A stretch of DNA of 64,000 nucleotides, from NCBI GenBank assembly GCA_022844165.1, contig JALHMH010000011.1, positions 58,028-122,027 of the forward strand, read 5' to 3'. Position numbers and translations under genes: made by a program. The DNA is from Lysobacterales bacterium (lineage in GTDB: Bacteria > Pseudomonadota > Gammaproteobacteria > Xanthomonadales > SZUA-5). The notes beneath the pieces are model-generated. The model ran no database searches. It saw only the letters and a list, made by a program, of their open reading frames with translations, and had not been told where the DNA came from. How positions within the stretch are numbered: position 1 is the stretch's first letter; each line of letters starts with the position of its first letter. Of the stretch, positions 30,407 to 42,154 are shown piece after piece.

Positions 30407-32059
30407 ATGAAAACTAACAATGTGTTGTCGGCCCTTTCGGTGGCTGTACTGATGGCGCTTGTGGCGCCCTGCGCGTTCGCCGGCGATACCTGCGACGATG
30501 ATCTTCCGCCGCAGAGTGGTGCCCAGGCGCCGGGTACCGACGCATATGCCTGCGGCACCGGCGCACAAGCCACCGGGCTGCGCGCCAATGCCTTCGGCAC
30601 ACGCGCTCGCGCCACTGACGAAGACGCGGTGGCGGTGGGTCAGGACAGCCTGGCATCTGGTTTCCATTCTGCAGCCATCGGCGGACAGGCAGTGGCATCG
30701 GGCCGTGGCGGCACGGCTGTCGGCTGGCGCGCGCAGGCCACCGGCGAATTGTCCACGGCGACGGGCAATAGCGCAGTCGCCAGCGGCGCCAACAGCACCG
30801 CGAACGGTCGTTCCGCGATGGCCAGCGGCGCCAATAGCAGCGCCATCGGCGCCAACAGCATGGCTTCAGGTGAAAGCAGCACCGCGCTTGGGCAAGGCGC
30901 GACCGCGACTGGTGCAAGAAGCACGGCATTAGGCCAGGGTGCGCAAGCCACGAGCGTTAACGCAACCGCGGTCGGTCAGGGCGCCACTGCGTCCGATGAA
31001 GATGCTCTGGCCGTCGGCCAGGGCGCGCAGGCCACAGGTTTCCATTCCAGTGCCATCGGTACCCAGAGCGTTGCTTCGGGACGTGGCGCGACTGCAATGG
31101 GCTGGCAGGCTCGCGCGAGCGGCGAGCTGTCCACGGCTGTGGGTAATAGCGCGATCGCCAGTGGCGCGAACAGTGCTGCTGTCGGCCGCGCAGCAACGGC
31201 GAGCGGCAGCAATAGCACCGCAACCGGAAATAGCAGCACCGCCAGCGGTAGCAATAGTACGGCGACGGGCAACGGTAGTCTGGCCAGCGGTAACAACAGT
31301 ACGGCAAATGGTCAGGGCGCGCGCGCCACGGCGGCGAATAGTACGGCCACCGGTCAAGGCGCGGGTGCGACCGAAGAAGAGGCTACGGCCACCGGCCAGG
31401 GCGCGCAGGCGAGCGGTGTTCAGTCCACGGCCAACGGTGCGATGAGCGTTGCCTCGGGTCGCGGCGCGACAGCGACCGGCCGCCAGGCCCGAGCCACCGG
31501 CGTCGCCGCCACGGCAAACGGCACTGGTGCGGTTGCCAGCGGCGAAAACGCCTCCGCCTTGGGAAGCGGCGCTACGGCATCGGCAGCCAACAGCGTTGCG
31601 CTCGGCGCCCAGGCGAATGCCAGTGCCGCAAACAGTGTGGCGCTCGGTAACGGTTCCACAGCGACCCGTGCCAATTCGGTATCGGTGGGTTCCGTGGGTG
31701 CCGAACGCGTTATTACCAACGTCGCTAACGCCACGCAGCGCACTGATGCCGTCAACTTCGGCCAGTTCCTAGACGGTATCGCCGAGCTTCGTGGTTATGT
31801 TGATTTGCGTTTCCGGCAAACCGACGAGCGGATCGACAAGCTTGGTGCAATGAACGCGGCAATGAGCACGATGATCGGCTCGGCCAGCGGTATTCGCACC
31901 GACAACCGACTTGCGGTGGGTACTGGCTTTTCTGGCGGCGAAGCGGCGTTGTCGATCGGCTATCAGCGCGCACTGAGCGAACGCGCAACGCTGACCATCG
32001 GCGGTGCGTTTACCAATGACGAAAGCCAGGCAGGCGTAGGTTTCGGTTGGGGCTGGTGA
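30407..32059 (+). CDS. trimeric autotransporter adhesin (YadA/XadA-like)
   Basis: Signal peptide; 14-aa head repeats (ASGxxSTAxG); neck ERVITNVANATQRTDAVNFGQ; YadA anchor ending GVGFGWGW. Confidence 0.93.
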   Translation: MKTNNVLSALSVAVLMALVAPCAFAGDTCDDDLPPQSGAQAPGTDAYACGTGAQATGLRANAFGTRARATDEDAVAVGQDSLASGFHSAAIGGQAVASGRGGTAVGWRAQATGELSTATGNSAVASGANSTANGRSAMASGANSSAIGANSMASGESSTALGQGATATGARSTALGQGAQATSVNATAVGQGATASDEDALAVGQGAQATGFHSSAIGTQSVASGRGATAMGWQARASGELSTAVGNSAIASGANSAAVGRAATASGSNSTATGNSSTASGSNSTATGNGSLASGNNSTANGQGARATAANSTATGQGAGATEEEATATGQGAQASGVQSTANGAMSVASGRGATATGRQARATGVAATANGTGAVASGENASALGSGATASAANSVALGAQANASAANSVALGNGSTATRANSVSVGSVGAERVITNVANATQRTDAVNFGQFLDGIAELRGYVDLRFRQTDERIDKLGAMNAAMSTMIGSASGIRTDNRLAVGTGFSGGEAALSIGYQRALSERATLTIGGAFTNDESQAGVGFGWGW

Positions 32060-32206
32060 GTTTCGTCCAACCGCGAACGACTGTCGTAGGCATACGTTGC
32101 GGTCATCGGCGAGCCTTCTTGGCTCGCCGATTCCACCGAAATGCTGGCGAAGGTGAACGGCACTCGGTTTTGCGTCATTCGCGAGTCGGCATTTCAGGCT
32201 GGTTCA

Positions 32207-32235
32207 TTGACCAGCAGCCTTGCTACCGATATGCT
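32207..32235 (+). promoter_or_regulatory. sigma-70 promoter of rplU-rpmA-obgE
   Basis: TTGACC-17 bp-TATGCT, about 40 bp upstream of rplU. Confidence 0.6.
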
Positions 32236-32275
32236 TCGCGGCTCTCTTGATTTGCCCTTATGGACGAGGTTCTCG

Positions 32276-32587
32276 ATGTACGCCGTCTTTGCGACCGGTG
32301 GCAAGCAATACCGAGCTGCGCCCGGTGATGTGTTGAAAGTAGAAAAGCTCAATGCCGCGCAAGGCGATGCGATCGAGCTGGATCAAGTGTTTCTGGTCGC
32401 CAATGGCGATCAGATTCGAGTGGGCGCGCCGGTGGTGGACGGTGCGAAGGTAGCTGCTACGGTAAAAGGCCACGGCCGTGCCGACAAAGTGCATATCGTG
32501 CACTTCCGTCGTCGCAAACATCACCGCAAGCAGATGGGCCACCGTCAGCATTACACCGAAATCGAGATCACCGGCATCTCCGGCTGA
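32276..32587 (+). CDS. rplU: 50S ribosomal protein L21
   Basis: [28 protein letters not shown]. Confidence 0.98.
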   Translation: MYAVFATGGKQYRAAPGDVLKVEKLNAAQGDAIELDQVFLVANGDQIRVGAPVVDGAKVAATVKGHGRADKVHIVHFRRRKHHRKQMGHRQHYTEIEITGISG

Positions 32588-32613
32588 TCGCAAGTACAAA
32601 GGATTGAAGCGTC

Positions 32614-33964
<1,351 letters not shown>

Positions 33965-34101
33965 TGTTGCTGTTCCGGTGTTGCGAGCGAAACCAGAAGC
34001 TCGTCGGTCGGAACCGCCTTGGCAACTTATGTGTGACAATGCTTCACACGACGATTGGCAATCGAGGTTATCGTTCGCGCTTCGGAACTCCGGGCTGTCG
34101 T

Positions 34102-37100
34102 ATGCGTTCTCTGGGAATTGCGCTTTTGATCTTGCCTGCGATCGCAGGCGCAGTCGACCAAACGGCGAATGTCGACATCACGACTGCAATATTCCCGCCG
34201 CAGGTCCGTTATGTCACTGCGGCGCCGGACGGCGGGGCGCATGCGCTCGTGCAACATCGCGACGGAGTGATCTCTTTCGATCGCTACTCGGCGGATGGCA
34301 GTCGCCTGACACGAATTTTTGAACCCGAAACGGATGCCTCCGGCGGAGGCTTTTACGAGACGGCTCGACTATTGGCGATCGATGAGGGCGTTGTCGCGCT
34401 CGACCGGCGTTGCGCACTCACGCAAGTCGATAGCGATGTTCTGTGGCGATCGCGCGCGCAATCAGGTGTCAACAGCTGCTTCTTGCCGGCGATCGCGCCA
34501 GCCGGAGCGCTTTGGTTGTCGAGCGTATCTGCCGATGGTGGTTATCGCATCGACCGATTTGACAGCGCCGGCAGGTTAGCGACAACGGCTCGGGGGCTCG
34601 GCGTTTTTCAGGGCGTCAGCAATCCGCTTGCGATCGGCGATGGCGGCGCCTATGTCGGCGGTACGACCAGCAGTTTGGGCGGTGCAGCGGTGTTGGTGAG
34701 GTTGGCGAGCGACGGAAGTGTGCGCTTTCGCTGGCAAGCGACCGGGGGCCAGGCTCAGGATTTGCGTTGGCTTCAGGAACGACGCGACGGCGGCGTACTC
34801 GCTTTGGGCGCAGCAGGCGACGATCAGGTGGTGGTCCTCAGTATTTCGCCGGATGCTCAACTATTGTCGCTGCGTAGTCTCGGCTTGCTCCGGGCCAGTC
34901 AGATTGTTGGGTTCGTTGGCGATGCCGAATCGCGGTATGCCGTAATCGCCAATCGGGCATTAGGCGGCCAATTGTCATTGCAGATGTCTGGTGCCGAATC
35001 GCCGTTGGGCTTGCCGAGCGGATTCGAATGCGTTCCGGGTGCTCGCGGTTGCGCGCTTTCAGCCTTGGAGAACGGCGAAGTCGAGTTCTTGATTCGCCAG
35101 GTTGAGGGTAGCCAGCCAGCACGATTGTTGCGCGTATCGCGTGTCGGCACAGTACTGGGCGATCGCTCGATCCCGTTCGCTCGGCCGAGTTTTGCGGATC
35201 GCGGCAGCAACGGCTGGTGGATCATTGCCGACGGCAACCTCGTGCGTTTGGATATTGAAGGTATGGCCGGCGCCATTCCGATCGAGCCCGCTAACGTCTC
35301 ATTGCGGTTTTTGGGTGAGTACCAGCGCAATGGGGTTCGCTATCTGGCATTGGCCGATGCCGGCGCTGTGACCATCGCACGCCTGGACGTGGACGGTGGC
35401 GTGATTTGGCAAAGGTCTTTTGACGGCGGTGGGTCCCAGGGCCTGCCTTGGTCCGATGCCGCTATGCAATTGTCGGACGGTTTTGCCTGTTTCCGCGATG
35501 AGCGACCGAGCGCCTCCGCAATCCCGGTGCGTTGCGTGCGCCATGGCGACGGCGCAACCTTGCTGGAAGTTTTTCCCAACGAGCAGATCGGACCGCAATT
35601 TGCGCTATTTGCGAACGGTATCCTGGCGATGCTCGATCGTACGCTCGAAAGCACCGCGCAGGTCCGCCGGTGGCGAATCGCCGATGGGCGTGAGCAATCG
35701 CCCGTGGCGCTGCCGCCCTTGCGAATCGCTGAAGGGTTGCGCTTGCGCAGCGATCGCAACCTCGGCACGAGCATGGTGGCCGTCGGTCGCAGTATTCAAG
35801 GTAGTGTCGTAGCGGCGTGGTTCGATCATGACGATACTGCCGCGCGCAGCTTTCCACTTACGTTGATGCCGGTCGAATTTGGCGTGGACGGGCAGTACCT
35901 GGTGCTCATCGAAGATCGTGTCACCGGTGCCGCGCGCCGGCTGTTCTTGCGCGCGATCGACACTGCCATGGATCGCGAACTACATCACTCGGAAATCGAT
36001 CCGGCTTACGATGGGACGGGGCGGGTGCTGAAGCTGGTGATTGGCAATGGCAATCGCTTTCTGTCGCTTTCGCGTGCGCCCATCGCGCCTGCGGTTGCAG
36101 CGCCGAGCGCTCGCGTCTTGTCGATGACGCCTGACTGGCGATCCATGCTCTGGCAGAACGTGGAGTTGGCACCTGTCCTGACCTACCTTGAGCAGCCTGA
36201 TCGACTGGTTCTGGCGCGCGCCGAAAACGGTGCCATCGGCTTTTACCTGCGCGACGCGGATGGCGAACCGGCGGGTAGCAGAACGATGCCCTGCGACGCG
36301 TCTACCGATTGCTGGAGCAATTTGCATATCGACCGCAGCATCGGCGGCGACATCAGTATTGCCTTCAACCGCTACCAAACCAACGACGGTCGGCAATTAC
36401 GATCCCTGCGCACAAACGTGGGTGCGAGAAGCGAGATCCGCATGGACCAATCGGGTATCGCCGGCCCCTGGTTCCATCCGGGCACGCCCGGGCAGGGGTT
36501 CCTGCTGAACTACATTCCGGAGGCCAATCTGATATTCGCGCCCTGGTTTGCGTATAGCGGCGCGCGTTACGGCGATCAGGCGCAGCTGGCCTGGTACTAC
36601 TTGCAGGGGACAGTCGCCGCCGATTCCAGTCGCGCCGAACTGGACATCGTGCGCAATACCAATGGCCAATTCGCCACACCACCAACCACACAACCCGAGA
36701 TCGTTGGTCGAGCTGAGCTGTATTTTCACGACTGCGACAACGCAACGCTGAGCTATCGTTTCGAGGCTGGCGTTGAATCGGGTCGCATCGGCAGTATGCC
36801 CTGGCAGCGATTGGGCGCTCGATTGTTTCCCTGTTTGCGTTTCGACGGCAGTACCCAATCGCCGGGATCTGAGGCCCCAGACGTTCGCGGATTCAGTCGG
36901 CGGCAATCGGGGGCGTGGTTCGAGCCTGTCACGTCTGGGCAGGGACTGATGTTCGAAGTGCAGCCGCCGCGCGATGACGATCCGGGGTTCGTATTTGGTG
37001 CCTGGTTCACCTACGATGTCGCCCGCAACGATGCGCAGGCGCAAGACTGGTTCACGCTGCAGGCACCCATCGGCGAGGTCACAGGTGGGCGTATCGAGTT

Positions 37101-37302
37101 GCCCATCTTACGTGTCATCGGCGGCGAGCTCGACCGCATCGCCACGCGCAATGTGTTCCGTGTCGGATCTGCAACGCTGACCTTCAACGGCTGCGATCGC
37201 GCCGTGTTTCAGTTCCAGTTCGAAACCAGCGAGTTGGCCGCCGAGCACAGCGGTCGCAGCGGCATCCAGCAATTGCAGCGGGCTGGCGGTTGCGGGCCTT
37301 AG
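34102..37302 (+). CDS. large secreted hypothetical protein (beta-rich N-terminus, duplicated C-terminal domain)
   Basis: Signal peptide MRSLGIALLILPAIAGA; two ~150-aa C-terminal repeats beginning AGPWFHPGTPGQG and SGAWFEPVTSGQG. Confidence 0.75.
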   Translation: MRSLGIALLILPAIAGAVDQTANVDITTAIFPPQVRYVTAAPDGGAHALVQHRDGVISFDRYSADGSRLTRIFEPETDASGGGFYETARLLAIDEGVVALDRRCALTQVDSDVLWRSRAQSGVNSCFLPAIAPAGALWLSSVSADGGYRIDRFDSAGRLATTARGLGVFQGVSNPLAIGDGGAYVGGTTSSLGGAAVLVRLASDGSVRFRWQATGGQAQDLRWLQERRDGGVLALGAAGDDQVVVLSISPDAQLLSLRSLGLLRASQIVGFVGDAESRYAVIANRALGGQLSLQMSGAESPLGLPSGFECVPGARGCALSALENGEVEFLIRQVEGSQPARLLRVSRVGTVLGDRSIPFARPSFADRGSNGWWIIADGNLVRLDIEGMAGAIPIEPANVSLRFLGEYQRNGVRYLALADAGAVTIARLDVDGGVIWQRSFDGGGSQGLPWSDAAMQLSDGFACFRDERPSASAIPVRCVRHGDGATLLEVFPNEQIGPQFALFANGILAMLDRTLESTAQVRRWRIADGREQSPVALPPLRIAEGLRLRSDRNLGTSMVAVGRSIQGSVVAAWFDHDDTAARSFPLTLMPVEFGVDGQYLVLIEDRVTGAARRLFLRAIDTAMDRELHHSEIDPAYDGTGRVLKLVIGNGNRFLSLSRAPIAPAVAAPSARVLSMTPDWRSMLWQNVELAPVLTYLEQPDRLVLARAENGAIGFYLRDADGEPAGSRTMPCDASTDCWSNLHIDRSIGGDISIAFNRYQTNDGRQLRSLRTNVGARSEIRMDQSGIAGPWFHPGTPGQGFLLNYIPEANLIFAPWFAYSGARYGDQAQLAWYYLQGTVAADSSRAELDIVRNTNGQFATPPTTQPEIVGRAELYFHDCDNATLSYRFEAGVESGRIGSMPWQRLGARLFPCLRFDGSTQSPGSEAPDVRGFSRRQSGAWFEPVTSGQGLMFEVQPPRDDDPGFVFGAWFTYDVARNDAQAQDWFTLQAPIGEVTGGRIELPILRVIGGELDRIATRNVFRVGSATLTFNGCDRAVFQFQFETSELAAEHSGRSGIQQLQRAGGCGP

Positions 37303-37305
37303 GGC

Positions 37306-37995
37306 TCAAGCCTTCCAGCGATAACCAACGCCATGCAGCGTATCGATCGCATCGAAACTGGTATCGATCGCGACAAATTTCTTACGAATGCGTTTGATAT
37401 GGCTGGTGATGGTCGCTTCGTCGACCACCACCTGAGCGGCGCTCATCAGCTGATCGCGGTTCTTGATATGGCCAGGGTAACGGGCGAGCGCGTGCACGAT
37501 CCAGAATTCGGTCACGGTCAATGGAATTTCCTGATCGTTCCAGGTGACGCGCATGCGATCACCCTCCAGTTTCAACGGGCCGTGTTCCAACAATTGGTCT
37601 TTTCCCGCTGGCAGGCTCAGTGCCTCGACTCGTCTGAACAGCGAAACGATGCGCGCCAGCAAATGCTGAAGGCTGATGTCTTTGGTGAGGTAATCGTCGG
37701 CGCCGAGACGCAGACCGGAAATGATGTCGAAGTCCGAATCGCGCGCTGTCAAGAAAATGATCGGCAAGGTTGTCGATCGTTGCCGAAGTTCGCGGCATAG
37801 CTCGAAGCCGCCCTCGGGCTCGTCGCCGAGGCCGATATCGATCAGGACCAGGTCGGGAATACGCAGCGCAAAAGCCGCTGAGGCCTGAGGACGCGTTGAA
37901 TACGCGGTGACCTCATACCCGTAGCGTTTAAGCGCATCGGTATAATTGGCGCGAATCGCTGGTTCATCTTCGACAATCGCAATTTGGCGAGCCAT
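37306..37995 (-). CDS. pdsR: OmpR-family response regulator, PdsR-like (proteobacterial dedicated sortase system)
   Basis: IAIVEDEPAIRANY, DIGLGDEPEGGF, LGADDYLTKDISL, TITSHIKRIRKKF match PdsR as recalled. Confidence 0.8.
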   Translation of the reverse strand: MARQIAIVEDEPAIRANYTDALKRYGYEVTAYSTRPQASAAFALRIPDLVLIDIGLGDEPEGGFELCRELRQRSTTLPIIFLTARDSDFDIISGLRLGADDYLTKDISLQHLLARIVSLFRRVEALSLPAGKDQLLEHGPLKLEGDRMRVTWNDQEIPLTVTEFWIVHALARYPGHIKNRDQLMSAAQVVVDEATITSHIKRIRKKFVAIDTSFDAIDTLHGVGYRWKA

Positions 37996-38225
37996 GAGCA
38001 CACTCATGTTGGTCACGAAGCCGCGAACGGTAGGCGCACCGGTCTGCTCTGGCAAGTACTTCGGTCGGCGTTGCCTGATTTTCGCCACGCTTTGGAAGAA
38101 AACCGCCGAGATTTTTGTCGTTTGCCGGGCACTCAGCCCGGATCGGAAGGCTTACGCTATCTTCCGCGAACCTTTTGCCAAGATCTGCGGTCTTGGTGCA
38201 ACCGATCTTGAGAGAAGGGCGCTAC

Positions 38226-39278
38226 ATGCGAACATGGCTGGTCACTGGCGGCGCGGGGTTCATCGGCGCCAATTTCGTTCTGCAACAGGTCGGTGAGGGC
38301 GTTGCGCGCATCATCAATCTCGATGCGCTCACCTACGCGGGCAACCGCGAATCGTTGCGCTCACTGCATGGATCGGAGCTGCATCGCTTCGAACAGGGCG
38401 ACATCGGCGACCGCGATCGCGTCGCGGCGTTGCTGCTCGAGCACCAACCGGATGCGGTGATCAATTTTGCAGCGGAATCGCATGTCGATCGATCGATCGA
38501 TGGCCCGGCGGCGTTTGTGCAAACCAACGTGGTCGGCACGCTGAGTTTGCTTGAGTGCGCGCTGGCGTATTGGCGTACGCTGGATGAGGCCAGGAAAGGC
38601 GCGTTCCGTTTTCTGCACGTGTCGACCGACGAGGTGTACGGTTCGCTGGGTGATAGCGGAAAGTTCCGCGAAGACACGCCGTATGCACCGAATTCGCCTT
38701 ATTCGGCGAGCAAAGCGGCCTCCGATCATCTGGTGCGCGCATTCCATCACACCTATGGCCTGCCGGTGCTGACGACCAACTGCTCGAACAACTACGGGCC
38801 CTACCAATTCCCGGAGAAGCTCATTCCGTTGATGATCCAGAAAGCGCTGGTCGGTGAGCCGTTGCCGGTCTACGGCGATGGGAAAAACGTGCGCGATTGG
38901 CTGTACGTGACCGACCACTGCCGCGCCATCGCCGCGGTGCTGGCGCGCGGGCGCGTCGGCGAGGTGTACAACGTCGGTGGCGACGCCGAACGGCAGAACA
39001 TCGAGGTGGTGCACCGAATTTGCGATGGGTTGGACGCGCGCTTGCCGCGCGCCACACCGCGCCGCGATTTGATCACGTACGTCAAGGACCGCCCCGGTCA
39101 TGATCGCCGTTACGCAATCGATGCCAGCAAGATTCAAAATGAACTCGGTTGGAAACCGACGCAGACGTTTGAGAGTGGGATCGAAGCCACGATCGACTGG
39201 TACCTGTCCAATAGCGACTGGACGGCGAACATCCGCGACGGCAGCTATCGCGGCGAGCGCCTGGGAGTCGCGGTATGA
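38226..39278 (+). CDS. rfbB: dTDP-glucose 4,6-dehydratase
   Basis: [38 protein letters not shown]. Confidence 0.97.
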   Translation: MRTWLVTGGAGFIGANFVLQQVGEGVARIINLDALTYAGNRESLRSLHGSELHRFEQGDIGDRDRVAALLLEHQPDAVINFAAESHVDRSIDGPAAFVQTNVVGTLSLLECALAYWRTLDEARKGAFRFLHVSTDEVYGSLGDSGKFREDTPYAPNSPYSASKAASDHLVRAFHHTYGLPVLTTNCSNNYGPYQFPEKLIPLMIQKALVGEPLPVYGDGKNVRDWLYVTDHCRAIAAVLARGRVGEVYNVGGDAERQNIEVVHRICDGLDARLPRATPRRDLITYVKDRPGHDRRYAIDASKIQNELGWKPTQTFESGIEATIDWYLSNSDWTANIRDGSYRGERLGVAV

Positions 39279-40153
39279 CGACACGACGCGGCATTATTTT
39301 GGCCGGCGGCGCCGGCACGCGCCTGCATCCGCTGACCATCGCGGTGAGCAAGCAGCTGCTCCCGGTGTACGACAAGCCGATGATCTACTACCCGTTGAGC
39401 GTGCTGATGCTTGCTGGGATTCGCGACATCCTGGTCATCAACACACCGCACGAACAAGCCTTGTTTCAGCGCCTGCTGGGCGACGGATCTCAATGGGGTC
39501 TCAACATCGAATATGCCGTGCAGCCCGAGCCCAATGGTCTGGCGCAGGCCTTTTTGATCGGCCGCGAGTTCATCGGCGGCAAACCCTCATGCCTGATTTT
39601 GGGCGACAACATCTTCTACGGTGGCGGCATGCGCGAGATGTTGACGCGCAGCGATGCCCGCACACTGGGCGCCACGGTGTTCGGCTATTGGGTCAAGGAT
39701 CCGGAGCGTTACGGCGTGGCCGAATTCGCTGCCGACGGGCGCGTGATCTCCATCGAAGAGAAACCCAAACAGCCGAAGTCGAACTTTGCGGTAACCGGTT
39801 TGTACTTCTACGATGGCAATGCCAGCGACTATTCGGCGGCGCTCAAACCGTCCCCGCGAGGCGAGTTGGAGATTACCGATTTGAACCGTGTGTACTTGCA
39901 GCGCGGCCAACTGAATGTCGAACGCCTCGGCCGCGGACACGCGTGGCTCGACACCGGCACGCACGAGTCGCTGATCCAGGCCGGCAACTTCATCCAGACC
40001 ATCGAAGAGCGCCAGGGTTTAAAGATCGCGTGCCCGGAAGAGATCGCCTTCGAAAACGGCTGGATCGATGGCGAGCAACTCGAGGCGCTGGCGCTGCCGT
40101 TGTTGAAGAGCGGGTATGGGGAATACTTGCGCGGACTGGTGCCGAAGCTGTGA
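39275..40153 (+). CDS. rfbA: glucose-1-phosphate thymidylyltransferase
   Basis: [37 protein letters not shown]. Confidence 0.97.
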   Translation: MTTRRGIILAGGAGTRLHPLTIAVSKQLLPVYDKPMIYYPLSVLMLAGIRDILVINTPHEQALFQRLLGDGSQWGLNIEYAVQPEPNGLAQAFLIGREFIGGKPSCLILGDNIFYGGGMREMLTRSDARTLGATVFGYWVKDPERYGVAEFAADGRVISIEEKPKQPKSNFAVTGLYFYDGNASDYSAALKPSPRGELEITDLNRVYLQRGQLNVERLGRGHAWLDTGTHESLIQAGNFIQTIEERQGLKIACPEEIAFENGWIDGEQLEALALPLLKSGYGEYLRGLVPKL

Positions 40154-40725
40154 GTTCCGATACTGTGCGTGTACAGCCGACCAGTCTCGCAGACGTCAAA
40201 CTCATTGAACCCCGCGTCTTCGGCGATGCGCGTGGTTTTTTCTTCGAGGCCTTCAATCAGACGGTTTACGCGGCCAGAGGTTTGCCCACTTCCTTCGTGC
40301 AGACCAACGTCTCGCGCTCGGCGCGAGGCGTGTTGCGTGGTTTGCACTATCAATGGCCGCAACCGCAGGGCAAGCTCGTGGGTGTGCTCGAAGGTGCAGT
40401 GATCGATGTTGCGGTGGACATTCGCCGTGGTTCGCCCACCTTCGGCCAGAGCGTGGCGGTCGAGCTGTCGGCCGACAATCATCACATGCTGTGGATCCCC
40501 GAAGGTTACGCACACGGCTTTGCCGTGATCAGCGAGTTCGCCACCTTCGTGTATCAATGCACGACGTTGTATGAAGCCAAATGGGATCGTGCCATTCGTT
40601 GGGACGATCCCACATTCGACATTGCCTGGCCGTTTGTGCCGGAATCGCTGTCTAACAAGGATGCGAACGCACCATTCCTGGCCGACATCTCGGCGGACAA
40701 CCTGCCAACGTACGTCGCGCCATGA
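40150..40725 (+). CDS. rfbC: dTDP-4-dehydrorhamnose 3,5-epimerase
   Basis: GTG start overlapping rfbA stop; [36 protein letters not shown]. Confidence 0.96.
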   Translation: MSSDTVRVQPTSLADVKLIEPRVFGDARGFFFEAFNQTVYAARGLPTSFVQTNVSRSARGVLRGLHYQWPQPQGKLVGVLEGAVIDVAVDIRRGSPTFGQSVAVELSADNHHMLWIPEGYAHGFAVISEFATFVYQCTTLYEAKWDRAIRWDDPTFDIAWPFVPESLSNKDANAPFLADISADNLPTYVAP

Positions 40726-41621
40726 TTCTGCTGACGGGCAGCAACGGCCAAGTCGGATTCGAGCTGGCGAGACGATTGCCCACACTTGGTCCGGTGCTGT
40801 GCGCGGCGCGTGCCGGTGCCGATATCGCGCTCGATTTGGCCGATCTGAATACCATCGAGCCGGTATTGGATCGGGCTCGGCCGCAAGTCATCGTCAACGC
40901 CGCAGCGTACACGGCGGTGGATGCCGCCGAGGACAACGTCGAGATGGCAGACCGTGTCAATCATCGCGCTGTCGCCAGCATTGGCGCCTGGGCAGCACGT
41001 AATCACGCGCTGGTTGTTCATTACTCGACCGACTACGTGTTCGCGGGCGATGGCACGTCGCCGTATTGCGAAGACCAACCGATCGCTCCGCAAAGCGTCT
41101 ACGGGCGCAGCAAAGCCGACGGCGAAATCGCGCTGCGCGCGAGCGGCGCTGCGCACTTGATCTTGCGTACCGCGTGGGTGTACGCGCCGCGTGGCAAGAA
41201 CTTTTTGCTGACGATGTTGCGCGTGGCTGCCGAGCGCGAGCGCTTGCGTGTGGTCGACGATCAAATCGGTTGCCCAACGAGTGCGACGACCCTGGCTGAC
41301 ATGACCTATCGAATGCTGGCATCACCGGCGTTGCGCGACAAGCTGGGCACCTATCACGTTGTGAGTACTGGCAGCACCAGCTGGTGCGGGTTCGCCCGCG
41401 CGATCATTCAGCGCGCACAGCAACGCGGGATGCTCAGTCGCGAGACGCCCGTCGATGCGATTACCACCGGCGAGTATCCGGCCAAGGCCAGACGCCCGGC
41501 CTATTCAGTGCTCTCGACGGCGAAACTGACGCGTGTATTCGGCATCGTTCCGCCGTCGTGGCAGACGGGTTTGGATGCGACGATGCAGCAGCTTCAGGCA
41601 AGTTGCTGCGGCGAGCGCTGA
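40722..41621 (+). CDS. rfbD: dTDP-4-dehydrorhamnose reductase
   Basis: TGSNGQVG, NAAAYTAVD, STDYVF, YGRSK, RPAYSVL. Confidence 0.96.
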   Translation: MILLTGSNGQVGFELARRLPTLGPVLCAARAGADIALDLADLNTIEPVLDRARPQVIVNAAAYTAVDAAEDNVEMADRVNHRAVASIGAWAARNHALVVHYSTDYVFAGDGTSPYCEDQPIAPQSVYGRSKADGEIALRASGAAHLILRTAWVYAPRGKNFLLTMLRVAAERERLRVVDDQIGCPTSATTLADMTYRMLASPALRDKLGTYHVVSTGSTSWCGFARAIIQRAQQRGMLSRETPVDAITTGEYPAKARRPAYSVLSTAKLTRVFGIVPPSWQTGLDATMQQLQASCCGER

Positions 41622-41686
41622 CTTCTGTCACTGGTCGCGCCCGTGCCGCTGCCCAAGAGTGAAGACATTCTCTAAGCGAGCGCTCA

Positions 41687-42154
41687 ATGACCGAAATTTC
41701 CTGGCAGCGCGTCGATCCGGACGCACCCAAACTCTGGCGCGAGAGTGCCTGGTATGGCCTGTTCTGGCTGCCGATCGCAGTTGGGCTGGTGTCGAGTGCA
41801 TTCGTATCGTGGTGGGCGGCCATCATCGTCGGCGCGGCCACTGCGGTGCTGCTGCATTTGCTCATCGCACATTTCTCAGTGCGACGATTCGAGCGCTTTG
41901 CATTCGCCCTGGCCGACGATGGCTTGCTGATTCGCAAAGGCGTGTTGTGGCGCAGTGAGCGCTACGTGCCGCGCATTCGTATCCAGCATGTGGATGTCGT
42001 TGAAGGTCCAATCGCACGCCGCCACGGTCTTTCGGTGTTGTCGTTGCATACGGCTGGCGCACATCTGGAGTCCGCCGATATCTCGGGTCTGCGCGCGGCC
42101 GATGCCTTTGCGTTGCGCGATCGTTTGCTGCGGCGCGATGGGTTGCCCCAGTGA
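41687..42154 (+). CDS. bacterial PH-domain membrane protein (YdbS-like)
   Basis: 2 TM; GVLWRSERYVPRIRIQHVDVVEGPIARRHGL..L.LHTAG. Confidence 0.85.
   Translation: MTEISWQRVDPDAPKLWRESAWYGLFWLPIAVGLVSSAFVSWWAAIIVGAATAVLLHLLIAHFSVRRFERFAFALADDGLLIRKGVLWRSERYVPRIRIQHVDVVEGPIARRHGLSVLSLHTAGAHLESADISGLRAADAFALRDRLLRRDGLPQ

Noticed and set aside
30500-31700. 42-bp periodic DNA resembling a CRISPR or tandem array
   Set aside because: Degenerate coding repeats of the YadA head; no identical repeat-spacer structure and no cas genes
39100-40149. 541-aa ORF suggesting a long RfbC fusion
   Set aside because: The upstream part overlaps rfbB and rfbA in another frame; RfbC similarity starts at the GTG at 40150
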